The translations under genes were made by a program, and so were the position numbers. From positions 288,001 to 352,000 of the forward strand of contig CBDCKN010000009.1 in the NCBI GenBank assembly GCA_965218295.1: a stretch of DNA of 64,000 nucleotides, in the 5' to 3' direction. Positions within the stretch are counted from its first letter, which is position 1. Every line of letters starts with the position of its first letter. Of the stretch, positions 20,381 to 31,545 are shown piece after piece. A model generated the notes under the pieces. It searched no databases. It saw only the letters and a list, made by a program, of their open reading frames with translations, and had not been told where the DNA came from. Source of the DNA: Longimicrobiales bacterium (GTDB taxonomy: Bacteria > Gemmatimonadota > Gemmatimonadetes > Longimicrobiales > Gaopeijiaceae).

Positions 20381-21166
20381 ATGAATTGTACGGAAGCTAG
20401 ATACGCACTTTGGCCGCCCGAGCGGCCTCGACTGGCAGGCACGGCCGTCCTGGAAGCACGGCTGCACGTGGAGACGTGCGAGGCCTGCCAGGGCTATTTC
20501 GAGCAGGACAGGCTCCTTCTCGACGTGTACGACCGGGTGAGTCGGCAACGGACCCCCCGGCGCGTTCGCGAGCGCGTCTTCGACTCGCTGGCCCGTGAGC
20601 GGGCCAGGACTCTAGGTGTTCCGGATAACGCCGACGCTGGGGTCCGGTCGGTCACCCGCAGGCGGTGGGCGCTCGCCGCTGTCTCGTCCATCGCGGCGCT
20701 CTTCGTCGTCGCGTTGGGAAGCTTCCTCGTGGAGCGCTCGGCTCCCCAGGAAGAGGCCGGGCTGTTCGTCGAGGACTACCTCCGGCGGGCCGTGGGCGAG
20801 GATCGCATCATCACCTCCGACGTGAACGAGATCAGCCGGTTCCTGACCCGCGAGCTAGGACTCCCCATCACGCCCATGGAGGTGGAGGGCCTGAGGCTGG
20901 CCGGGGCGGAGATATGTCTGTTGGATGGGCGCCGGGGAGCCATGATCCGCTACATCGAGGACGGCCGGGAGATCTCCCACTACGTGGTTCCCAAGTCGGG
21001 AGCGGTGCAGCGCGAGCCGGCCGTGTTCTCTCAGCTCAGTTCGGGCAATGCGGTGGGACCGTCGGTGATCACCTGGGCCACGCTGCAGGTCGAGCAGGCT
21101 CTGGTGGGTGAGGTCGCTCCCGCTCGCCTCATGGAGCTCGCCAGGAACTACGCTCTGGAGGAATAG
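20381..21166 (+). CDS. membrane-anchored ZAS (zf-HC2) anti-sigma factor
   Basis: MNCTE...HVETCEAC HxxxCxxC, single TM helix, extracytoplasmic domain. Confidence 0.8.
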   Translation: MNCTEARYALWPPERPRLAGTAVLEARLHVETCEACQGYFEQDRLLLDVYDRVSRQRTPRRVRERVFDSLARERARTLGVPDNADAGVRSVTRRRWALAAVSSIAALFVVALGSFLVERSAPQEEAGLFVEDYLRRAVGEDRIITSDVNEISRFLTRELGLPITPMEVEGLRLAGAEICLLDGRRGAMIRYIEDGREISHYVVPKSGAVQREPAVFSQLSSGNAVGPSVITWATLQVEQALVGEVAPARLMELARNYALEE

Positions 21167-21200
21167 GATACCCAGTCCGTGGCTAACGCGGCGTGACGCT

Positions 21201-22739
21201 CTACTCCGGTCCGGCTTCGGCGGGGAGCTCTCCCGCGGCTAGCTCCTTCTCCACGGTTTCCTTGATCGGATCGATGGTAGATCCGAACCCGTAGAAGCCA
21301 CGGATGACCCGAAGATCACGATCCAACACAACTGTATACGGCAGACCGCGATAGTTATAACGGCCTCTCAGACGCCCACCGCCCTGGCCTTGGACGTAGC
21401 CTACGCCCCCGATCTCCTCGACGAACGCCAGAGCGTCGTCGGGATCGATGTCCTCGTTCAGTCCGATGATGGTGGCTTGCTCGGGGTCGAGCTCCCGGGC
21501 GAAGGCCTCCAGGAGGGGCATCTCGCGCCGGCAAGGTCCACACCAACTGGCCCAGAAGTTCACGACCACGACCTTCCCGCGGTGGGCCTCGAGGCGCGTC
21601 TGGCCCGGGTGATCCAGTCTTGGGAGGTCGAACTCCGGGAAGGCGGCCCGCTCGGGCTCGCCGGTCCGGGAGAGGGCGTCCTCGCGGCTGGCGGTGTAGA
21701 TGCGGCCACGTCCGTCGGCGAAGACGGCATCGTCCTCGGAGATGGGTCCGGACCGGACGAACCGCCCGTCCCGGTCGAAGGCCAGGACATCGTCGGGGGG
21801 GCCGCCCGGGGTCGTGGCGGCCAGGACGTAGATCAAACCGTCGGGCCCGGTGACCAATCCGAACTGCAGCACCGAGAAGATCGCCGTAACGGATCCGTCG
21901 ACGACGCCCAGGGACGGCGGCGCGACGGTCTCGCCGGGCTGCCAGCGACTCACCCACGCGGTGTCGCCTCGGGTGTCGAACGCCACCAGCTCGGGTCTCA
22001 GGGCCGAAGTGTAGACGACCGATCCGTCGCCGGTGGCCACGGTCCAGCCCGTGTTGACCAGCTGCCCGAGGAACGGATCCGGCGCCTCGGCCGGAGATCC
22101 GACCGGTGTCATCTCACCCGTGTCGGTGTCTCGGATCCAGAGCAGGGGGTCCCTCGAGCGGATGGGCGCCAGGTGGAACTCGTAGACGCTCCGGGCCGCC
22201 ACCATGGCACCCGCGCTTCCCCCGAAGGCCGGGGCCTCTACGCCGTAGGAGACCCACTCCCGGGGTCTGTCGTCGGCGAAGCGGAGTCCCAACCCGTCGG
22301 CCTCCACGGCGAGCAGCGACTCGCCGTCGATAGCGACGGAGACGGGGCCCGTGAGGTTGCGGTCGTCGGGTAGGGCTCCCTGCGCGACCCGCGCGACCAC
22401 CCCACGGTCGTCGAAGACCAGGATCCGTGCGCCGTCGGCGTCGGGCCAGGCCGCTCCACCGTCCCGCAGAGGCGCGGCCGCTCGGCCGCCCATGAAGAGA
22501 AGCTGGAGGCCCTCGACTGGGGGATCGTCGTAGATCAGGAGGCGCTCGGCGGGGTCCGGACTCTCGATAAGCGTCCAGCCACCTTGCTCGGTGACGGACG
22601 GCTCCCGGTAGTCCGGCAGCGGCTCCCCGGGGGGTGGCCCCCGATCCCCGCAGCCCGTGACAGCTCCGAGTAGGAGAACGAGGCCGGAGCCCAAGCCCCG
22701 GCCTCGTCGCGTCGACGCCACTTGATGCATCGACCGCAT
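21201..22739 (-). CDS. lipoprotein: beta-propeller + TlpA/ResA thiol-disulfide oxidoreductase
   Basis: LLLGAVTG-C lipobox; VVNFWASWCGPCRREMP; GLPYTVVLDRD. Confidence 0.85.
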   Translation of the reverse strand: MRSMHQVASTRRGRGLGSGLVLLLGAVTGCGDRGPPPGEPLPDYREPSVTEQGGWTLIESPDPAERLLIYDDPPVEGLQLLFMGGRAAAPLRDGGAAWPDADGARILVFDDRGVVARVAQGALPDDRNLTGPVSVAIDGESLLAVEADGLGLRFADDRPREWVSYGVEAPAFGGSAGAMVAARSVYEFHLAPIRSRDPLLWIRDTDTGEMTPVGSPAEAPDPFLGQLVNTGWTVATGDGSVVYTSALRPELVAFDTRGDTAWVSRWQPGETVAPPSLGVVDGSVTAIFSVLQFGLVTGPDGLIYVLAATTPGGPPDDVLAFDRDGRFVRSGPISEDDAVFADGRGRIYTASREDALSRTGEPERAAFPEFDLPRLDHPGQTRLEAHRGKVVVVNFWASWCGPCRREMPLLEAFARELDPEQATIIGLNEDIDPDDALAFVEEIGGVGYVQGQGGGRLRGRYNYRGLPYTVVLDRDLRVIRGFYGFGSTIDPIKETVEKELAAGELPAEAGPE

Positions 22740-22744
22740 TCTCA

Positions 22745-23128
22745 CTACTGCTGCATCGAGATGCTCTCGATGAGGATCGTGTTCAGGCCACCGCGCTCGA
22801 TGACCTTTCCGGTCACGTTCACCGTGTGCTCGGCGTGACCTCTCAGATCCTTGTCGCCCCGCTCCTGGCCCATGGCCATAGTGACCGGCATGTAGAGCGT
22901 GCCCTCTTCGCTCATGAGCGCTAAGGGAACGCCCAGGTCGAAGCATACCTGGGCACACATCCGGTGATCATTCCCGGACAGGTTGTAGACGGTGTTACAG
23001 GAAAGGTCGACGACACTGGCGGTGAACGAGACCTCGGTACCCTCCGCTGCCTGCATCTGCGCAGACGTGGGCTGCGCGGCCAACGCCACGAGCCCGATGG
23101 ACAACGCGGTCAGTGCGAACTTGCGCAT
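22745..23128 (-). CDS. secreted OB-fold-like protein with Cys/His/Met motif (putative metal binding)
   Basis: Signal peptide; VVDLSC...HRMCAQVC...GVPL; VNVTGKV. Confidence 0.7.
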   Translation of the reverse strand: MRKFALTALSIGLVALAAQPTSAQMQAAEGTEVSFTASVVDLSCNTVYNLSGNDHRMCAQVCFDLGVPLALMSEEGTLYMPVTMAMGQERGDKDLRGHAEHTVNVTGKVIERGGLNTILIESISMQQ

Positions 23129-23160
23129 CGAAAATACCTCCACCTCACAAAGTGAAACGG

Positions 23161-23616
23161 CTATCTCCCGGGCTCATGGACGCCCATCATGCCCGGCTCT
23201 ACTTCGAATTCGAACGAGGCCGCATCGGTTCCATCACCCAGGTTCACATAGACCGCCCATTGGCCGTCCATGCTGATCTCGGCCCGGGCCGTGTAGTCCA
23301 GGGGACCCTCCGCTTCGGCCGGGTACCTGAGGATACCCATGGCCGGCATCTCGAGAGACACGACGTCGATGGAAACGGGGGTGCCCTCTGGAACGGCGCG
23401 ATCCAGGGTGATGTGGAACTCGGTCGTACCCATCTCCACCGGGTAGCGGTCGGGGCGCACGGTCACCTCCGTCCCTCCGGGCGCCGTGGTCACCCACTCT
23501 GCCGGGTCGGTGTTGGCCGCGATCCGCCCATCGTCGCCGAGCTTCGCTTCCATGTCGCCCGGGACGCATCCCCAGGCCGACAGGGCGAGCAGAGCGACGG
23601 CCGCTGTGTTCCTCAT
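23161..23616 (-). CDS. YtkA/FixH-like lipoprotein
   Basis: LSAWG-C lipobox; MPAMG...YTA....SMDGQWAV pattern; Met/His tail. Confidence 0.7.
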   Translation of the reverse strand: MRNTAAVALLALSAWGCVPGDMEAKLGDDGRIAANTDPAEWVTTAPGGTEVTVRPDRYPVEMGTTEFHITLDRAVPEGTPVSIDVVSLEMPAMGILRYPAEAEGPLDYTARAEISMDGQWAVYVNLGDGTDAASFEFEVEPGMMGVHEPGR

Positions 23617-23645
23617 GGCTTTTCCCCGTTGAGGCACACCTTCAC

Positions 23646-23671
23646 AACGCATGACCGCCTTGGCCGGTTCC
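23646..23671 (-). promoter_or_regulatory. SigH/SigR-type ECF promoter GGAAC-N18-GTT
   Basis: GGAAC cggccaaggcggtcatgc GTTG, 30 bp upstream of the ytkA-like ATG. Confidence 0.6.
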
Positions 23672-23753
23672 TTAGGCGGACCCGTCGGTACGGGGGTCTC
23701 GGTTCCGGGCCGTCTTCGCTGGGTCTCGGGGTGGATGTCGCAGGTGGGGACCG

Positions 23754-25802
23754 TCAGGCAAGCGTCGCCCTGCTGACTTCAGCGAGCATGGAACGCGCCC
23801 GGGCCACGACCTCCTTGGCCGTCACGCCGAATCGCTCGTACAGGACCTCGGCCGGAGCCGAAGCGCCGAAGTGGTCGATGCCCACCGCGCCGCCTTGGTC
23901 GCCTACCCAGCGAGACCACCCGAACGTCGATCCGGCCTCCACGGCGATGCGAAGGCGCTGGTTGGGCGGAAGCACCTGGTCCCGGTACTCCTGGTCCTGC
24001 TCCTCGAAGAGGCGCCAGCTCGGCATGCTCACCACTCGGGTGGGGGTTCCGTCGGCCTCGAGCTGGCTCCGGGCCTCGAGGGCCGTCCCCACCTCGGAGC
24101 CGCTGGCGATGAGGATCACCTCGGCCTCGCCGCCGGTCGCCTCGGCGAGGACGTATGCGCCCCGGCGTGCTCCCTCCGAAGAGGCCAGCTCGGTCCGGTC
24201 CAGGGGCGGCACCTTCTGCCTCGTTAGGGCCAAGAAGGTGGGACCGTCGGTGCGCTCCACGGCGATGCGCCACGCCACCACCGTCTCCGCAGCGTCAGCG
24301 GGCCGGAGATCCACCAGGTTGGGGATTGTCCTGAGGGTCATCATCTGCTCGATGGGCTGATGCGTCGGCCCGTCCTCACCCAGCCCAATGGAGTCGTGGG
24401 TGAACACGTACGTGACCGGAACGCCCATGAGCGCGGCGAGCCGGATCGAGGGCCGCATGTAGTCGGAGAAGATCAGGAAGGTCCCCGCGAAGGGCCGGAT
24501 GCCCCCGTGCAGGGCCAGACCGTTCAGTATGCCTCCCATCCCGTGCTCGCGGACACCGAAGTGGATCACGCGTCCGTCGGGGGCGCCAGCCAGGAGGTCG
24601 CGGCCCTCGTCGATGTCCGTCTTGTTCGACGACCCCAGGTCGGCCGAGCCGCCGATGAGGTTGGGCAGTCCCGCCGCCAACCCCTGGAGGACCTTCCCCG
24701 ACCAGGACCGGGTTGCGTCGGCCTTGTCCACGTGCTCGTAGTCGGGCACTTCGGCGTCCCATCCGGGTGGCAGGTCGCCGCGCATCATGCCCAGGTACTC
24801 CTCGGCCAGCTCCGGATACGCCTCGCTGTAGGCCCCGAAGCGCTCGTTCCAGGCCGCCTCGAGCTCGCGGCCCCGCTCCGCCGTCTCCCGCCACGCCGCC
24901 AGGGCGTCGGGATCCACGAAGAACGGCTCCTGGGACGGGTAGCCCAGGCTCGCCTTGGTGGCCGTCACCTCGTCGTCGCCCAAGGGGGCGCCGTGGGTGG
25001 AGTGGTGACCGACCTTGTTGGGGCTGCCCTCGGCGATCTGGGTGCGGTTGATGATGAGCGTGGGGCGCTCCGTCTCCGCCCGGGCTGCCTCGAAGGCCTC
25101 GTCGAGGGCCGCGAGATCGGTGCCGTCCTCGACGTGGAGGACGTGCCACTGGTACCCGCTGAAGCGGTCCCCATGGTCCGTGGACGTGCTCAGATCCGTG
25201 CTGCCCTCGATGGTGATCCGGTTGTCGTCGTAGATCCAGATGAGCTTGCCGAGCTTCTGATGGCCGGCCAGCTCTGCCACCTCGTGGGAGATGCCTTCCA
25301 TGAGGTCGCCGTCGGAGCAGAGGGCGTACGTGTAGTGATCCACCACCTCGTGACCGGACCGGTTGAAGCGGGCGGCCAGCCATCGCTCGGCCAGTGCCAT
25401 GCCCACCGAGTTCGCCACGCCCTGACCGAGGGGACCGGTGGTGGCCTCGACTCCGGGGGTGTGTCCCACTTCGGGGTGGCCCGGCGTCTTCGATCCCCAC
25501 TGGCGGAAGTTGACGATCTCGTCCTTGGGGAAATCGTACCCCGTGAGGTGGAGGAGCGAGTAGATGAGCATGGACGCGTGTCCCACCGAGAGAACGAACC
25601 GGTCCCGGTCCAGCCACCCGGGGTTCCCCGGGTTGTGCTTCATGTGCTGCGTCCAGAGGAGGTACCCCAGGGGTGCGAGCGCCATGGGGGTGCCGGGATG
25701 TCCAGAATTGGCCTTCTGGACCGCATCCATGGCGAGGACCTTGACCGCGTCGATGCAAAGGCGGTCCAGCTCCGGGGAGCGACCGGTGAGCGAATCGGCC
25801 AT
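23754..25802 (-). CDS. tkt: transketolase
   Basis: [47 protein letters not shown]. Confidence 0.97.
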   Translation of the reverse strand: MADSLTGRSPELDRLCIDAVKVLAMDAVQKANSGHPGTPMALAPLGYLLWTQHMKHNPGNPGWLDRDRFVLSVGHASMLIYSLLHLTGYDFPKDEIVNFRQWGSKTPGHPEVGHTPGVEATTGPLGQGVANSVGMALAERWLAARFNRSGHEVVDHYTYALCSDGDLMEGISHEVAELAGHQKLGKLIWIYDDNRITIEGSTDLSTSTDHGDRFSGYQWHVLHVEDGTDLAALDEAFEAARAETERPTLIINRTQIAEGSPNKVGHHSTHGAPLGDDEVTATKASLGYPSQEPFFVDPDALAAWRETAERGRELEAAWNERFGAYSEAYPELAEEYLGMMRGDLPPGWDAEVPDYEHVDKADATRSWSGKVLQGLAAGLPNLIGGSADLGSSNKTDIDEGRDLLAGAPDGRVIHFGVREHGMGGILNGLALHGGIRPFAGTFLIFSDYMRPSIRLAALMGVPVTYVFTHDSIGLGEDGPTHQPIEQMMTLRTIPNLVDLRPADAAETVVAWRIAVERTDGPTFLALTRQKVPPLDRTELASSEGARRGAYVLAEATGGEAEVILIASGSEVGTALEARSQLEADGTPTRVVSMPSWRLFEEQDQEYRDQVLPPNQRLRIAVEAGSTFGWSRWVGDQGGAVGIDHFGASAPAEVLYERFGVTAKEVVARARSMLAEVSRATLA

Positions 25803-28315
25803 CAGGCACTCTCCACGACGAAGTTGACGAGGCGGTCGGGTACGTATATGACCCGGCTCACATTGGCATCCTCCAGGTAGCGCGCGACATTCTCGTCCGA
25901 CCGGGCAAGCTCTTCGGCGGCTTCCTGGTCGATACCGGCCGGACCCCGAATCGTGGCTCGGAGCTTTCCGTTCACCTGCACCGCAAGCTCCACCGACGTC
26001 TCACGGGTCTTGGCCTCGTCGTAGGTGGGCCAGTTGGCCCCGGCGAAGACGCTCTCCTCGTGCCCCAGGCGCTCCCAGAGCTCCTCGGCCAGGTGCGGTG
26101 CGAATGGGGCCACCAGCACGACCAGGGCCTCCACCTCGGCCTTGGCGGCCGCACGCCCCCCGGCGCGCACCATGTTCAGGTACTCCATCATGGCCGCGAT
26201 GCTCGTGTTGTACCCCAGCTCGGGCAGCTGCTGCGTGACCTGGCGGATGGTCTGGTGCAGCTTCCGCTCCACGTCCGGATCGGCCTCGGCATCGCTCCCG
26301 GCAGCCGCTGTCACCGTCTCGTGCAGGCGATGCAGGAAGCCGTGGGGCCCCTGAATGCCCTCGTTCTGATAGTCCCCACCCTCTTCGAACGGCCCCAGAA
26401 ACATGAGGTAGGTGCGGAATGCGTCGGCGCCGTAGCGCTCGATGATCTCGTCCGGCACGACGACGTTGCCCCTGCTCTTGGACATCTTGGCGCCCTCGCG
26501 GATGATCATCCCGTGGGCACGGAAGCGCTTGAAGGGCTCCTCGAATTCCAGGTGGCCCAGGTCGTGGAGGGCCATGGTGATGAAGCGCGCGTACAGCAGG
26601 TGCAGGACCGCGTGCTCGTTGCCTCCGATGTAGCAGTCCACCGGCAGCCAGCGCCGTGTGATGTCCGCGTCGAAGGGGATGTCGTCGAACTCCGTGGACG
26701 GGTAGCGCAGGAAGTACCAGGAGCTGTCCAGGAACGTGTCCGACACGTCCGTCTCGCGGCGGGCTTGACCTCCGCACTCCGGACAGTCGATCCGGTACCA
26801 ATCCTCCACCCGGGCGAGGGGGCTCACGCCGGAATCGTCGGGCTTGAAGTCCTCCACCCTGGGGAGCACCACCGGCAGGTCCGACTCCGGGACGGCGACC
26901 GGGCCACATGCCTCGCAGTGGATGATGGGGATGGGCGGACCCCAGTACCGCTGCCGGGAGATGCACCAGTCGTGCAGCCGGTAGCTCACCTTTGTCTCGG
27001 CCATATCCCGCTCCGCGAGCCAGCCTGTGATGGCCTGCTTGCTCTCGGAGACCGGCACGCCGTCGAACTGACCGGAGTTGACCATCACCCCGTCGCCCAG
27101 GTACGCCTCGGCCAGGGGAGTGTCGGCGTCCTGGCAGGGGCCTGCGACGACGCGCACGGTGGGCAGGTCCATGGCCTCGGCGAAGTCGAAGTCCCGCTGA
27201 TCGTGGCCCGGGACGGACATGATCGCCCCCGTCCCGTACTCCATGAGTACGTAGTCCGCGACCCAGATGGGGATGGGCTGTCCGGTGGCGGGGTTCAGGC
27301 AGTGCCCTCCGGTGAACACGCCGGTCTTGTCCTTCTCGATCTTCTGACGGGCGACCAGATCCTTGGCCGTCGCCTCTTCGCGATAGGCCGCGATGGCCTC
27401 GGCCTGTTCGTCACTGGTCACGTCGTCGACCAGGGGGTGCTCCGGGGACAACACCATGTACGTGGCCCCGAAGACCGTGTCCGGCCGGGTCGTAAAGACG
27501 TCGATTGGCGCACCGTCGACGGCAAAGTCGGAGGCGTCCACAGTCGGTTGATCGGAGTCGGGTCCGGCCACCCCCTCGGGGGGCAGGATGGGGAAGCGCA
27601 AGACGGCTCCCTCGCTCCGGCCGATCCAGTTGTGCTGGGCCTTCTTCGTCGTCTCGGACCAGTCGATGTCCTCCAGGTGGCCCAGGAGCCGATCCACGTA
27701 CTCCGTGATCTTGAAGAGCCACTGGGCGATGCGCCGTTGCTCGACGGGGGTGGCACACCGCTCGCAGCGTCCCGAGATGACCTGCTCGTTGGCCAAGACC
27801 GTCATACACGAGGGGCACCAGTTGACCGGCGCTTCCTTGCGCTCGGCCAGACCCGCCTTGAAGAGCCGGATGAAGATCCACTGGGTCCAGCGGTAGTACG
27901 CCGGATCGGTGGTGTCGACGGTGTGGTTCCAGTCGAACATCCCGCCGACGCGTCGCAGCTGCCTCGTGAAGTTGGCGACGTTCCTGGGGATGAGGTCCAT
28001 CGGATTGACGCCCTGCGTGAGGGCGAAGTTCTCCGAGTGGATGCCGAAGGCGTCGAATCCGATGGGCTCGAAGACGCGCTTTCCGGTGAGCCGCTGGAAG
28101 CGCCCGTGCACGTCCGCGCCGGTGAATGCGTAGATGTTGCCCACATGCAGCCCCTCGGCCGAGGGGTAGGGGAACATCATCAACTGGTAGTAGTGGTTCT
28201 CGGTGGTCTGGAGGGCCTCCTGGGTGAAGCTGTTCGTGCCGAGCTTCTCCCACCTGTCCTGCCACTTGGCCTCTACTTCGGACGGCGCGTAGCCGCCGTT
28301 TCCATCGCTGCTCAT
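25802..28315 (-). CDS. leuS: leucine--tRNA ligase
   Basis: [14 protein letters not shown] (HIGH), editing domain, [16 protein letters not shown]. Confidence 0.97.
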   Translation of the reverse strand: MSSDGNGGYAPSEVEAKWQDRWEKLGTNSFTQEALQTTENHYYQLMMFPYPSAEGLHVGNIYAFTGADVHGRFQRLTGKRVFEPIGFDAFGIHSENFALTQGVNPMDLIPRNVANFTRQLRRVGGMFDWNHTVDTTDPAYYRWTQWIFIRLFKAGLAERKEAPVNWCPSCMTVLANEQVISGRCERCATPVEQRRIAQWLFKITEYVDRLLGHLEDIDWSETTKKAQHNWIGRSEGAVLRFPILPPEGVAGPDSDQPTVDASDFAVDGAPIDVFTTRPDTVFGATYMVLSPEHPLVDDVTSDEQAEAIAAYREEATAKDLVARQKIEKDKTGVFTGGHCLNPATGQPIPIWVADYVLMEYGTGAIMSVPGHDQRDFDFAEAMDLPTVRVVAGPCQDADTPLAEAYLGDGVMVNSGQFDGVPVSESKQAITGWLAERDMAETKVSYRLHDWCISRQRYWGPPIPIIHCEACGPVAVPESDLPVVLPRVEDFKPDDSGVSPLARVEDWYRIDCPECGGQARRETDVSDTFLDSSWYFLRYPSTEFDDIPFDADITRRWLPVDCYIGGNEHAVLHLLYARFITMALHDLGHLEFEEPFKRFRAHGMIIREGAKMSKSRGNVVVPDEIIERYGADAFRTYLMFLGPFEEGGDYQNEGIQGPHGFLHRLHETVTAAAGSDAEADPDVERKLHQTIRQVTQQLPELGYNTSIAAMMEYLNMVRAGGRAAAKAEVEALVVLVAPFAPHLAEELWERLGHEESVFAGANWPTYDEAKTRETSVELAVQVNGKLRATIRGPAGIDQEAAEELARSDENVARYLEDANVSRVIYVPDRLVNFVVESA

Positions 28316-28367
28316 CTATGCCTGCTGAAGCGTCGTGCCGAGTGGGGGTGCCGAAAAATGAGCCCCT

Positions 28368-28396
28368 AACCTATACCGGGTGTGAGGGCATTACAA
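28368..28396 (-). promoter_or_regulatory. candidate sigma70 promoter for leuS-tkt
   Basis: TTGTAA-N17-TAGGTT about 50 bp upstream of the leuS ATG. Confidence 0.3.
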
Positions 28397-28490
28397 CGCG
28401 TCACCATCAGAGGTCCCCATCGGGCGCGCCGACGCCGTCCCGGGTCAGTCACAGGCGCCGTCCCGGGTCACTCGCAGGCGCCGTTCGGGG

Positions 28491-30407
28491 TCAGCCGCCG
28501 CCGCCGTCCTCCGGGCTGTCATCCGGCGCGGCGAACCCCATGATCTCCATGAGCCGAAGCGCGTTCGTGGAGGTGGCGGTTCCCGGTCGGAGCCTGTAGT
28601 CGAAGGCGATGGGCGGGCCCCCTGCGCGCACTTCCAGGGACTCCCCGAAGTGGACGAAGACGGCTCGCTCCCTCAGATCCGGTGCATCGGCCAGGGTGAG
28701 ATCGTGGGTGGTCACGGCGCCGATGGTCTCCTGATCCAGGAGGTGACGTAGGATGCGGCGGGCGGCGATCTGCCGCTCGGCGGTGTTCGTCCCCTGGAGG
28801 ATCTCGTCGAGGAGGTAGAGGACCGGCACGTCCCGGGCGGCTCCGGCCGCCTCGGCCACCGACTTGAGGCGCTGGAGCTCGGCCATGAAGTAGGAGATCC
28901 CCTCCTCCAGGGAGTCCCGGATGCGCATGCTGGTGCGAAGGTCGACGGTGGGGAGGCGCATGGACGCCGCGCAAACCGGTCCCCCGGCCCCGGCCAGGAC
29001 CACGTTGGCACCAAGGGCACGGAGAAGGGTGCTCTTGCCCGACATGTTGGAGCCCGTCACCAGGAGGAGGCTTCCGGGCGGCCCCACCTCCACGTCGTTC
29101 CGGACCGCCGTCTCGGGATTGAGGAGCGGGTGGCCCAGCTGCTCCGCGTCCAGGATCTTGGGGTCGGTCCTTCCGACCTCGGGGAACACCCAGTCCGGAT
29201 GGCAGTGTGTGAGCCCGGCCAGGGCCGAGAGGGCGTCTACGCGTCCCAGCGCCTCCATCCATCCACGGAGGTTCCTGCCGTGGATCTCCTTCCAGCGCTC
29301 CATGCGCACGAGGATGTGAACGTCCCAGAGCGTCAACAGGTTCACGGGGAAGTGCACCTGCCCGTTGAAGCGGAGGTCCGACATCTCCATGAGGTGGAAG
29401 AGGCGAGCCAAGGCCTCGGCGGCCGCTTCCCCGTCTGGGGTAAGGCTTTCCCGGTGCTCGGTGAGCAGGGAGGCCTCGAAGCGCTGCTCCGCGATGCGGG
29501 CGATGAGCTCATGGTAGCGTCGCAGGCCCGTCTCTCCGTTCGAGGCGCGGGCGAAGTCCTCGTGGATCCGGCCGAAGAGCCGCTTCATGAGCAGTAGCGT
29601 GAGGCCCACGGGAGCCATCCAGAGGAAGGGCGCCATGCCCGCGACGTGGATGCCGATGGTGACGATCGTGGCCAGGGGCAGGACCACGGCCGCCCACATG
29701 ACGGCGCGCTCCTCCACCAGCCAGGTGGGCGCTTCCGCCCACTCCAGGAGCCTGGCGATCTCCTTCATCTCCACGGGCCCGGCGATCCGTCCCGCGGCGT
29801 GGAGCTCGTCCCGGAATTCGATGGCCGGGGTCAGCTCCTGGACGGCGGCCTGGCGCTCCCGGACGGTGCTCGCCGGGGCGGGGGCCAGGAGCCAGTCCAC
29901 CAGCGTGTCCGCACCTGGCCGGGTGGCGGTCGTGCCGAGCAGCGTGTAGAGGGAGGCGTGGCCGAAGACGTCCAGGTCGTCGGCGTATGGATGGCCCTCC
30001 GGAGCCGCGGGGCTGGGCTGTTCCAGGCCGTCCCAGTTGCGGAGCCTGCGATAGCGAGCCTCACGGGCTACCTGGGCGAGCTCCGAGTGCCAGCGCTCCT
30101 GGCGACGGGCCCGGCGGTGACGAACGACGAGGACGACGAACAGCACGACGAAGAGCAGGCCCCCTCCGGTGAAGAGAGGCTTGGCGTCGGTGGCGAATGC
30201 GTAGCCCACGAAGGCCGCCGTGGCCAAGAGGAAGACCCACATCCGCCGCTGGGCCAGGGCGTCGGACCGCTCCCGCTAGCGGCCGGCGGCTCCGGCGGCC
30301 TCCGCCTCTCGGCGGCCGTAGGTTTCGAGTGGGTCCGGGCGTCCCTGGTGATCGAAAGGAGGAGGAGCGTGAGGACGCTCCGCGACCGCCGGAGCCTCAG
30401 GAGCCAT
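28491..30407 (-). CDS. membrane-anchored MutS-related protein (MutS domain V ATPase), in-frame TAG at 30278-30276
   Basis: HPYADDLDVFG, TGSNMSGKST, SYFMAEL, LDEILQGTN, TTHDL; upstream ATG 30407 is in frame across one TAG. Confidence 0.85.
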
Positions 30408-31479
30408 TCGGTGCCGTCAGGCTCGACGCCGAAAACAGATCGAAGGGATCGTCCACCCCAGCCGCCCCCTCTGTGAGGTGCTTCACCGCGGCCCGGAGGC
30501 CGCCCGTTTCCTCTAGCAGGCCCTGGAAGTCCTGAAGTCGGTGATAGTACCGCATGCGGGCCATGAGGGTGGCGTTGTTGAGGGGTGTCACCAGGAAGCT
30601 CTGGAAGGTCATGGCCTCGAAGGACGGCTGCACCCGGTCCGCGAAGTCCTCGAGGTGGCCCTCGAACAGGCCTTGGCGCTGTTCCAGCTTCTCGTCGTAG
30701 GAGAGGGTCGAGTCGCGGTAGACCTCCTGGAGCCCGTCCACCACTCCGTCGATGAACGTCGAAAAGCGCTGGTAGTCCCGCCAACGTGCCTGGGCACGCA
30801 GGCACTTCACCGTGTCGGGACCGCCGCCCTGGCGGTTACAGAAGAACTCGATGGCACCGACGCGGCCCACGAAGGTGGCGAAGCTCTCGTTGAACCCCAC
30901 CTGGCCCCGGACGAAGAGGTGGTTGTGGGACAGCTCGTGGAGGACGGTCTCCACGAGATCGACCTCGTCGCGTCGCAGGAGCGTCGAGAGGAGCGGGTCC
31001 GTGAACCACCCCAGGGTGCTGAAGGCGGCCGTGGGACGCAGGTAGGTGTCGAAGCCGTCCTCTTCCAGCTCCTGCTGGTCCCGGAGGGCGTCGTCTTCGT
31101 CGAAGTACCCCTTGTACGGGACCCGGCCCACCACCGGGAACCACCACGTCTTAGAGGCGAAGCGGTCCCTCGTCGCCGCCGAGAGGACCAGGGCCAGCGT
31201 GTCCTTGTCCAGCTGTGTGAACGACGTGTACGAGTCACCCACCTTCAGCCCCAGAACCTCGATGGCGTACTGCCGGGCCTCCACCACGAATGTCAGCTTC
31301 GCCTTGGTCCTCTCGTCGGTCTCGGGATCCAGGATCACCTCGTGGAGCGGCTGCCGGGCCCGGAGAATCTTCGCCTCGGCGATGCCCGCCTTGATGACGT
31401 ACATAGGCGAGCACGCCGAGAAGATGAGGGCTACCATCCCGAGGCCCACGAAAAAGCGGGTCCACGACCAGCGAGGCAT
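30397..31479 (-). CDS. putative zinc aminopeptidase lipoprotein (DUF2265-type)
   Basis: LIFSA-C lipobox; WWFPVVGRVPYKGYF, AFSTLGWFTDP, HELSH...FNESFA. Confidence 0.85.
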   Translation of the reverse strand: MPRWSWTRFFVGLGMVALIFSACSPMYVIKAGIAEAKILRARQPLHEVILDPETDERTKAKLTFVVEARQYAIEVLGLKVGDSYTSFTQLDKDTLALVLSAATRDRFASKTWWFPVVGRVPYKGYFDEDDALRDQQELEEDGFDTYLRPTAAFSTLGWFTDPLLSTLLRRDEVDLVETVLHELSHNHLFVRGQVGFNESFATFVGRVGAIEFFCNRQGGGPDTVKCLRAQARWRDYQRFSTFIDGVVDGLQEVYRDSTLSYDEKLEQRQGLFEGHLEDFADRVQPSFEAMTFQSFLVTPLNNATLMARMRYYHRLQDFQGLLEETGGLRAAVKHLTEGAAGVDDPFDLFSASSLTAPNGS

Positions 31480-31545
31480 CGCTGCTACCGTCCTCCGTCT
31501 GAGCCGGGGCTCGTCGCTACCGGCCTCCGTCCGGGATCCGCATCG

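Noticed and set aside
26060..28369. Long antisense ORFs (e.g. 769 aa opposite leuS; others opposite tkt, uvrA, SPFH)
   Set aside because: Shadow frames expected from high-GC codon bias; no recognisable motifs.
30276..30278. Stop-codon reassignment or pyrrolysine
   Set aside because: TAG terminates many intact genes here (uvrA, accA, nfuA) and no pyl genes are seen.
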